A stretch of DNA of 64,000 nt, taken from an uncultured delta proteobacterium. GTDB lineage: Bacteria; Myxococcota_A; Polyangia; Polyangiales; Polyangiaceae. Positions 55,845 through 64,000 of the stretch are shown here, in pieces. The translations under genes were made by a program, and so were the position numbers. The notes under the pieces are model-generated. The model ran no database searches, was not told where the DNA came from, and saw only the letters and a program-made list of their open reading frames with translations. The DNA lies in assembly GCA_963850305.1 (NCBI GenBank), contig CAWKKR010000003.1:32001-96000 (forward strand), given 5' to 3'. Within the stretch, counting starts at the first letter, position 1, and each line of letters opens with the position of its first letter.

Positions 55845-56084
55845 ATGAAAACGACCGTGGAGCTGGCGGACTCGTTGCTGGCGCGGGCCAAGCGGCACGC
55901 TAGACGTACGGGGCGCCCCTTGCGCGCCTTGATCGAAGAAGGGCTGCGGCGCGTCCTTTCCGGCGACGCGACGCCGCCTGCCTACGGTCTTCCGGAGCGA
56001 GCCGTGGGGAAGCCCGGGGGCCGGAATCCTCTCGACCATCTGTCCTGGCAGGATCTGCGGGACGAGATCTACGGAGGTCGGTGA
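55845..56084 (+). CDS. vapB: VapB-like antitoxin
   Basis: MKTTVELADSLLARAK...LIEEGLR ribbon-helix-helix; abuts the PIN gene. Confidence 0.8.
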   Translation: MKTTVELADSLLARAKRHARRTGRPLRALIEEGLRRVLSGDATPPAYGLPERAVGKPGGRNPLDHLSWQDLRDEIYGGR

Positions 56085-56519
56085 GTGCTCGCGGTCGACA
56101 CCAACGTGCTCGTCTATGCGCACAGGCGCGAGGCGGTTGAGCACGATCGTGCGCGAGGGGTCGTCGCGCAGTGTGCCGAGGGAACTCGAGCCTGGGCCAT
56201 TCCGTGGCCCTGCGTCTTCGAATTCTTCAGTGTCGTGACGAGCGACCGGATCTGGAAAGGTGCTGCGAGCACTCCGGCGCAGGCCGCCGACCAGATCGCG
56301 GCATGGCTGGGCTCACCGTCAGTCCGCACGCTCGCCGAGACCCCGGAATTCTGGTCCATTCTGAGCGAGCTCGTCAGGCGTCCGCGAGTGCGCGGTCCAG
56401 TAATCCACGACGCACGGATCGCCGCAATCTGCATGGCTCACGGCGTGGAGGAACTCTTGACCCGCGATCGCGACCTTTCGCTCTTCCCCGAGCTCCGAAG
56501 ACGAAATCCCTTCGACTGA
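56085..56519 (+). CDS. vapC: VapC PIN-domain toxin
   Basis: VDTNVLVYA, EF, HDARIAA, TRDRD. Confidence 0.88.
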   Translation: MLAVDTNVLVYAHRREAVEHDRARGVVAQCAEGTRAWAIPWPCVFEFFSVVTSDRIWKGAASTPAQAADQIAAWLGSPSVRTLAETPEFWSILSELVRRPRVRGPVIHDARIAAICMAHGVEELLTRDRDLSLFPELRRRNPFD

Positions 56520-56551
56520 AGGAGCGCCCGCGCGCGCCTAGCCAGCCCGTC

Positions 56552-57970
56552 TCAGTGAATCTGCGCCTTCTGCGTCGCGCAGCCGAGGAGCACGTTGACG
56601 AGGGGCTGCGTCCCGCCGTCCCCGGGTACGACGCCACCGTCGCCGATGGGGCCCTGGATGGCCGAACACGAATCCGGACAGAGGATGATGTCCGTGGGCG
56701 TCCCGACGCTCGGGTCCACGTCGTAATACCAGGCCTTCGTCGTGGCGAGCGCACAGTCGGACGCCGTCGAGACCTCGTACGCGGAGCCCTTCACGCCGAG
56801 GTGATCGACGTAATCCACGTTGACCTTGCTCGGGTCGAAAGTCTGTCCCGTCGGCGGCGGGGGGATTTCGTACTTGCACGCGAGCGTCGAGGACTTCACG
56901 ACGGTCTTCGTCACCGTTTGCGTCGTGGTGACGGTCACGGTGTCGCGGATCGCCGCGAGCGAGGCGGCGAAGTCCGAGCCGCCACCGATGTTGCAGGCTT
57001 CATTGCCGGGGTTCGGCGGGTTGCAGTTGGTGTGGCCCGCGACGGCGATGGCGTCGAGGAGTCCGAAATCCACTTCATTCCCGGCCGCGACGTTCATGCC
57101 GATCGCGAAGGTCAAGACCCCGCTCTGCGTGTAAGCGTCGCCGGCGACGCCCGCCAGCGTGGCTTGATCGGAGCTGCACCCGTTCGGCACGCCATCCGTC
57201 ACGAACACGACGACGCACTTCTCCGGCGGGCTCGAGGTTTGGGCGGCTTCGTACGCCTCGCAATAGCTCTCCGCACCGCGAAGGGCAGGCTCTGTGGGCG
57301 TGCAGCCGCCACCGGGGTTCGACGGCATTCCGGCGATGATGGCCGGGGCATTGGTAGGCAAGGGCCCCATCGGCACCTGGGCCGTCGTGTACGCCGAGCC
57401 CGTGCAGTCACTCGGCGGGCACCCGTTGCCACCCCCGCCGAACAACCCACCGAGGAAGCCGCCGCCGCCCCCGGAACTCGGCGTCGGAAAGACCGAGAGC
57501 GCGACATCGATACCGGCGGACGCCGGATCGTTCACGAAGCCAGTGATGCCTCCGGAGACGACCGCCCACTTGCTCATGTTGCCGGTCGCCGCGGGTTCAC
57601 CCATGCTGCCCGACTGATCGAGCATGATGTAGAGCGCGACCGGCTGTGCCTCGGTCACGGTGGTCGTCACCGGCACCTGGGTGGTCACGGTGATGCGCTC
57701 CGCGGAGAACGGCAACGCCGCGCAAGCGGCGTCCGAGCCGTTCCCGACGACCCCCGAGTCGCCGATAATCCCGAAACCCGAGCCGGCATTGCCGAACAGC
57801 CCGTTGCCGGTGCCCGAATTGCCGCTCGACGCGCCGGCGCCGGAATTTCCGGAGCCACCGTTGCCCGCGCCTGACCCGACCGTGTCGAGCCCGGTCTTCG
57901 GCGAGCACGCGACCGCACCCCACGCGCCCGTGACGAGCCCCGCAATCAACGCAAGCTTTCGCCCCTTCAT
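56552..57970 (-). CDS. vWA-domain lipoprotein
   Basis: Lipobox AVAC, MIDAS DQSGS, TPT, VTDG, Cys-rich C-terminus. Confidence 0.85.
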   Translation of the reverse strand: MKGRKLALIAGLVTGAWGAVACSPKTGLDTVGSGAGNGGSGNSGAGASSGNSGTGNGLFGNAGSGFGIIGDSGVVGNGSDAACAALPFSAERITVTTQVPVTTTVTEAQPVALYIMLDQSGSMGEPAATGNMSKWAVVSGGITGFVNDPASAGIDVALSVFPTPSSGGGGGFLGGLFGGGGNGCPPSDCTGSAYTTAQVPMGPLPTNAPAIIAGMPSNPGGGCTPTEPALRGAESYCEAYEAAQTSSPPEKCVVVFVTDGVPNGCSSDQATLAGVAGDAYTQSGVLTFAIGMNVAAGNEVDFGLLDAIAVAGHTNCNPPNPGNEACNIGGGSDFAASLAAIRDTVTVTTTQTVTKTVVKSSTLACKYEIPPPPTGQTFDPSKVNVDYVDHLGVKGSAYEVSTASDCALATTKAWYYDVDPSVGTPTDIILCPDSCSAIQGPIGDGGVVPGDGGTQPLVNVLLGCATQKAQIH

Positions 57971-58303
57971 GCTGCCCAGCAATTGTCGTCCCAATCGTCC
58001 CGAATTGTTAGCCCCGACGGGCACCATTCTTTCGCTGTGATATTCCGTTTCCGCTGGAGTACGCGGGTCGCCTTCATGTCAACCCTAGTGGCCGCAGCGA
58101 TAGTAACCGGCTCGCACCGATTTCAGGCATCGCGCGGAAGAAACGCCACATTCACTCGCCTTCTTGTCGGACGACCAGCGAGCCAGTTCTCTGAAATCAC
58201 CCGAACATCCAGGCCTCGCCAGATTGGAGCCCGCCGCGCGCGGCGACGGACGGCGCCCTGCTCGCCGGTTCGCATCCGGTCGAGCGGGATGCCCCGACGA
58301 TTC

Positions 58304-59761
58304 TCACTTGCAATCGTCGAAGGCGTCCGCGGCCGTGGGGGCGGGCGGTTTCTTGGTCGTCATGGGCTTCGCTTCGGCGGGCGCGGAGTGCGCGTGTGAA
58401 GCGGCCGCGTGTGCGTGCGAAGCGGCCGCGTGCGCGACGACGGGCTCGCCAGGGTGAACAGCGGCGGGTTCGGCCGCGGGTGCAGACGCCGCCACAGGCG
58501 CGGGGGCCACGACGGCCGCGGGTGCGGCGGCGGCCGGGACGACGGCGGGTTGCGGCGCCGCCACGGGCACCGGCGGTGTTGCGGGCACCGCGGCCGCGAC
58601 GTGCGGCGCGGAGTCCACGGATGCCGCCGGAGCGGGTTTTCGTGTTGCCAGGAAGACGCCCAGTAGAGCGACAGCCAGCGTACCCCCGGTCGCCGCCAGG
58701 ATGAGCGTGTTGCGGCGACCCGCGGCCCCGCCGGGCTCCGTTCGCCCCCACGACGCGAGCGTCGCCCCGCCCCGGGGCGGCGCCACGGAGTCCATCGCCG
58801 GGATGCCGATGCTGCTCGTGGACATGCCCGCACTCTGGATGATGCCGGTGATGCGCTCCACGGATGATCGCGAGCGCTTCGGCGCGAACTCGCTCAGGGC
58901 CACGGCAAAGTCGGCGATGTGCGCGAAGCGCTTCGCCGGTTCCTTCTCGAGCGAGTGGAAGATTGCCGCCTCGAGGCCCGGGGGTACGTCCGGACACTTC
59001 TTGACGAGCGAGGGCGGCGCCGCCGAAATGATCGCGACGCAGAGTTCGGGAAGGGATTCACCGTTGAACGGGACGTCGCCGGCAATGAGCTCGTACAGCA
59101 TGATACCGAGCGACCACACGTCGGACCGCGCATCCGCGTTGCGCGCCGACGCCATCTGCTCGGGCGACATGTAGAGCGGCGAGCCCATGACGGCGGTGGT
59201 CTTGGTGAGACTCATGTCGCTCCCGGAGGAGCTCCCGTTGAACTTCGAGATCCCGAAGTCGAGCACCTTCACGCACTCCGTGTTGTCCGCGCGCTTCACG
59301 ACGAAGAGGTTCGCCGGCTTGAGATCGCGGTGCACGATGCCGAGCGAGTGCGCTTCCGCGATCGCCTCCGACGCCTGGAGCACGATGTCGATGGCGTCCG
59401 GATACGGGATCTTCCCCTTCTCCGTCAGGATCTGCCCGACGTCGGAGCCCAACAGGTACTCCATCACCATGTAAGGCGAGCCGTTCGGAAGCGTCCCGAC
59501 GTCGATGACACGCGCGACGTGTTCGTTCTTGATGCGCACGGCGGCGCGCGCCTCGCGCGCGAAGCGTCCGACGGCTTCCTGATTGCCGAGCGCTTCCGGC
59601 AAGAGGAACTTGATCGCGACGTTCTCGTCGAGCTGCAGATGTCTGGCCGCGACGACGACGCCCATCCCGCCCATGCCGAGTACCCGATCCACGCGGTATT
59701 TCTCCGCGAGGACGTCGCCGGGTTGCACCATCTTCAGATTAGCTTGGTCCACGTCGCTCAT
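58304..59761 (-). CDS. Membrane Ser/Thr protein kinase with Pro/Ala-rich tail
   Basis: GMGGMG, VAIK, HRDLKPAN, DFG, YMSPEQ, one TM segment. Confidence 0.92.
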   Translation of the reverse strand: MSDVDQANLKMVQPGDVLAEKYRVDRVLGMGGMGVVVAARHLQLDENVAIKFLLPEALGNQEAVGRFAREARAAVRIKNEHVARVIDVGTLPNGSPYMVMEYLLGSDVGQILTEKGKIPYPDAIDIVLQASEAIAEAHSLGIVHRDLKPANLFVVKRADNTECVKVLDFGISKFNGSSSGSDMSLTKTTAVMGSPLYMSPEQMASARNADARSDVWSLGIMLYELIAGDVPFNGESLPELCVAIISAAPPSLVKKCPDVPPGLEAAIFHSLEKEPAKRFAHIADFAVALSEFAPKRSRSSVERITGIIQSAGMSTSSIGIPAMDSVAPPRGGATLASWGRTEPGGAAGRRNTLILAATGGTLAVALLGVFLATRKPAPAASVDSAPHVAAAVPATPPVPVAAPQPAVVPAAAAPAAVVAPAPVAASAPAAEPAAVHPGEPVVAHAAASHAHAAASHAHSAPAEAKPMTTKKPPAPTAADAFDDCK

Positions 59762-60015
59762 CGGAAGCAAGCTCCCGGGCGCAAAGCTCGCCCTTCACGC
59801 CCATGGTCCCAAGGGTACGTCATCCAGGCCTACACCGAAAGGGCCATTTGCCGCTCTCCCGCGACGGGTTTTCATCCTCGTCTCGGGCTCCGGAGTGAGC
59901 CGATGTGCGACATCCTTCCTGGCTCGCCTGGCTCGCTCCAACCCGGTGTCGCTCGTGTTTCGCAAAGAACCGTTGCCGGCCGAGTTCGGGGATGTGACCA
60001 TGTGAGGCTAGATTT

Positions 60016-63000
60016 ATGCGCTGGCTTACGAAGGTTGCTTGTGGGGCGGCAGGGATCGTCGCGCTCGGATGTGGGGGTTCCCACGGGGACAAGTCACGCG
60101 CGAGCCACGACGCCGGGTCGTCGCGGTTGCTCGACGCGGCGCCGCCGACGGTGGCCAGTGCGCCACCGTCGAGCGCGGTCGCACGGTCGCTTTCGACCCT
60201 CCTGGACCGCCATCGACTGCGGGTGTTCACTCCCCCCGCGAGCACGGCGACCGACAGCGAGGTCCTTAGGGACGCCGGGATCAGCGCCTCCTCGCCGCCC
60301 CCGGCCATCCCTCTCAGTGAGGTCACCGGCTTCGATTGGGCCGGCGCGGACCCGCACGGCAACGGAGCCGGATTACGAGCGCGGCTCCCGCCGAACAAGA
60401 AAGTGTTCCTGTCGGTCACGCTGCCCGCGCGCGCGTCCGGCGCGTTCACGATCGAGGACGCGCGCGACCACAAGATGACGCTCACCGCCGCGCTCGAAGG
60501 CGCGCGTGACGTCGACGCGGTCGCGTCGCAAGGGCTCGTCTTTTACCCGGCCGCCTCCGCACAAGGGGCGAGCGTCATCCATCGCGTCGACGAATTCGGG
60601 ACGGAGGATTTTCTCTCCTTCGACTCGAAGCCGGCGAACGAAGAGATCCGGTATCGCGTCGACACGTCGCAGGTCACGGGACTCCGGCTCGTCGAGAACG
60701 TGCTCGAGTTCCTCGATGCCGAGGCGCGACCACGGATCCGCATCAATCGACCCGCGGTCATCGACGCGAACGGCGATCGTCACGACGGGTTCCTGCGTGT
60801 CGTCGGGTGCGCGGTGGATACGTCGCCGCTGCCGCCGACGCATCGCGCGTTCACGAAGCTCGACTCCACCTCGTGCGAGATCGTGATCACGTGGGGCGAC
60901 GCGGCGTCCGCGCCGATCGCATATCCGGCGCTGCTCGATCCGACATGGACGAGCGGCGCGACGATGAACACGCCGCGCGCGGATCACACGGCCACGCCGT
61001 TCTTCATCACGGACGAGATGATCCTCGTGACGGGCGGGTACTCGATCCCCGCGGGCAAGAGCGGACCGGCGCTCCAGACAGCGGAGATGCTCGACGAGAG
61101 CGGCGGCGGCTGGGTCTACACGACGAGCAGCATGCAAAACCCCCGCGCGTACCACCGCGCGTCTCCCGTCAACGTGAACGCGAACGGCTACGGCGACGTT
61201 CTCGTCACCGGCGGCATGATACAGGTCGGCACAGCCGCCAGCATCGAGCCAACCGCCGAGCGCTGGTCGCCGAGCACCGGCACCTGGACCCTGACCGGGC
61301 CCATGGCCTCGGGTGGTCACGCGTTCCACGGGCAAAGCTTGCTTGCGAGCGGCACGGTCCTCGTCGCAGGCGGCTACGCGAATACCACCTCGAACGGCCC
61401 CGTAACACCTGTCACCGAGATTTACTCCCCATCGACGAACACGTGGCAGACGGTGCCCCCCATGCCCAATGGGGGAGCCGCAAACGGGAGCTTCGCCACC
61501 CTCCAGGACGGGCGCGTGCTGTACGCAGGAGGCACCAGCGGCGCGTACACCAGCTTCAATCCCATCCCCGCCTGCGAGATTCTACGACCCCAAGGCGAAC
61601 GCGTGGACGTCCGTACCGTCGCTGGCAGCGCCGCTCGCGCGCGCGCGCGCCACGGTGCTCCCGAACGGCAACGTGCTCGTGGCGGGCGGCATCAGTACGT
61701 CCCTGTCGACCTCGTACCAGGGCTCACAGGTTTTCAACGTGGCGACAGGCAGCTGGTCACCTGTGGTGAACATGGTCACGCCGCGCTCGCTGCATACGCA
61801 AGCCTTGCTTCGAAGCGGCCTTGTCCTCGCCGCGGGCGGCGAACCGGCGAACAGCGCGCCGGGCATGCAACAAGCCGAACTGTTCGACTTCAATGCCGGC
61901 ACGTGGACGGCGACCGCGCCCATGCTTTACCCGCTCACGCATCAGGCATCGGTTGCGGACAACGTCGGGGACGTCTGGGTGATCGGCGGTATCGAGTCGA
62001 CGCTCCCGGTCCCTGTCGTCGAGCGCTACGCGCCCGCAGGGGCGATCGGCGGAACCTGCCAGATCAACGCGGACTGCTCTTCCGGCTTCTGCGTGGACGG
62101 CGTGTGTTGCAACACAGCATGCCTGGGTACCTGCCAGGCCTGCTCCGCGGCAACCAAAGGGCAGGGCGCCGACGGCACCTGCGGCAACGTCATCGCGGGA
62201 ACGCCGGACAAGATCAACTGCCCTTCGCAGGCGCCGAGCACGTGCGGCGATGACGGCACCTGCGACGGCAACGGCGCTTGTCGGTTGTACGCGGCGGGAA
62301 CCCCCTGCCGTCCGTCCGCGGGCGATTGCGACGTCGCGGAGAGCTGTCCCGGCGCCGGCAAGGCATGCCCGCCGGACGTCGTGCTCTCGGCGAACACCGC
62401 GTGCCCGAGCGGCGCCGACACGAACGTGTGCACGCTCGACATCTGCGACGGCACGGACGTCGCCTGCCAGCACCCGCCGGCGAGCTCCGCCACGCTTTGC
62501 CGTGCGTCGGCCGGAGTATGCGACATCGACGACTACTGCACGGGCACGAGCACGACGTGCCCCGCCGACGCGAAGCAACCGAGTACGTACGTCTGCCGGA
62601 CGTCCGCGGGCGAATGCGACCCCGCGGAGACCTGCACCGGCACGACCAACACCTGTCCAGCGGACGGCAAGCTGCCGAACAACACGGCCTGTCCGAGCGG
62701 CGCCGACACGAACCCCTGCACCTCCGACATCTGCGACGGCACGGACAACACCTGCCAGCATCCCGCGGGCAACGGGGGCGTCGTGTGCAGGGCCGCGGCC
62801 GGGGAGTGCGACCTCGCCGAGACTTGCACGGGAACGAGCACGGCCTGTCCGTCCGACTCCAAGGTGACGGCGAACACCGCCTGTCCGAGCGGCGCCGACA
62901 CGAACCCCTGCACCTCCGACATCTGCGACGGCACGGACGTCACCTGCCAGCATCCCGCGGGCAACGCGGGCACCGTGTGCCGCGCCGCGGTCGATGTTTG

Positions 63001-64000
63001 CGACCTGGCCGACACCTGCACGGGCACCTCCACGTCGTGCCCGGCCGACGCAAAAGAACCGAAGACGTACGTCTGCCGGCCCGCTGCCTCGGGAGGATGT
63101 GACGTCGCGGAGGACTGCGACGGGTCGTCGAACTCGTGCCCGGCCGATGGCTTCGAGCCGAGCACGTATCAGTGCCGCGCTCCATCCTGCGCGTCCTCCG
63201 TGGCGACGCTCGCCGCCAACTGCACGGGGAGCTCCGCCGCGTGCCCCACGGCGCAGACCCAGAACTGTTCGCCCTCCACGTGCAGCGGAACGGTGTGTGG
63301 CGGCTGCACGACGGACAGCCAGTGCGCCAGCAATCAATATTGCTCGAGCGGCGTCTGCATTTCGAAGAAGAGCAACGGCACCTCCTGCAACGGCGCAAAC
63401 GAGTGTAATAGCGCCGAGTGCGCCGACGGGGTCTGCTGCGACACCGCTTGCAACGCCGGGACGTGCGACTCCTGCGTGCAGCCGAACCTGGTCGGAACCT
63501 GCTCTCCCGTCGCCGCCTCGACAGTGTGCCGCGCGGCGGTCGACGCCTGCGATGCGGTCGAGACGTGCGGCGGCAATCTGACGTGCCCCGCGGATGCCAA
63601 GCTTCCATCCGGGACGCCGTGCACCGACGACGGCAACGCCTGCACGACCGATCTCTGCAACGGCACGAGCACCGCTTGCCAGCACGCGCCCGGGAACGCC
63701 GGCACGATCTGCCGCCCTGCGGACGGCTCGGCATGCGACGTCGCGGACGCTTGCGACGGCGTCACGACGGCGTGCAACGACGCAAAGCGCCCGAACACCT
63801 ACGTCTGCAGGCCCGCGGCCGGCGAGTGCGACATCGCGGACGACTGCGACGGCACGCACGACGCGTGCCCGGCGGATCAGGTCGTGACCAAAGGGACCGC
63901 GTGCAGCGACGACGGCAACATCTGCACCACGGACGCCTGCGACGGCACGAACCCGACCTGCCAGCACCCGCCGGGAAACGCGGGAACGGTGTGTCAGCCC
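60016..64000 (+). CDS. Large lipoprotein: Kelch propeller followed by disintegrin-like Cys-rich repeats (apparent +1 frameshift near 61581; runs off window)
   Basis: Lipobox ALGC; Kelch repeats (LVTGG, LVAGG, W..T.PM). After the shift: YDPKANAW..., CVDGVCC, and repeated CRxxxGxCDxxExCxGxxxxCPxD. Confidence 0.82.

Noticed and set aside
61757..63967. 736-aa minus-strand ORF
   Set aside because: Shadow of the plus-strand Kelch/Cys-rich gene.

Overview
High-GC bacterial DNA. The gene families (DUF2378, many Cys-rich repeat lipoproteins, Hanks kinases, vWA lipoprotein) point to Myxococcota, probably Polyangia; this is inference. The window holds: (i) several very large Cys-rich surface proteins (1-11 kb, 60-64 kb); (ii) a TetR/DUF4242/acyl-CoA dehydrogenase cluster with a perfect operator palindrome; (iii) a complete N-type ATPase operon (24.5-30.9 kb) in the circularly permuted order R-B-E-F-A-G-D-C-Q, whose c subunit lacks the Na+-binding Ser/Thr; (iv) a 32-55 kb block of envelope, lipid and phosphoester genes. 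That block includes a beta-propeller phosphoesterase, two methyltransferases, a GT-C-like protein, GtrA, a CBS histidine kinase and receiver, patatin, PS decarboxylase, a class III aminotransferase, a PHP-GT4 fusion, a collagen-stalked purple-acid-phosphatase-like lipoprotein, a di-haem peroxidase and HupE/UreJ. It also carries a 29/30-bp inverted repeat pair 3.5 kb apart and a 6x70-bp triple-hairpin tandem array; (v) a decayed parDE pair, an intact vapBC pair and scattered transposase scars. At least five otherwise intact genes are broken by one duplicated base, most likely sequencing error. No rRNA, tRNA or CRISPR array was recognised. All family calls come from motif recognition by eye, not database searches.
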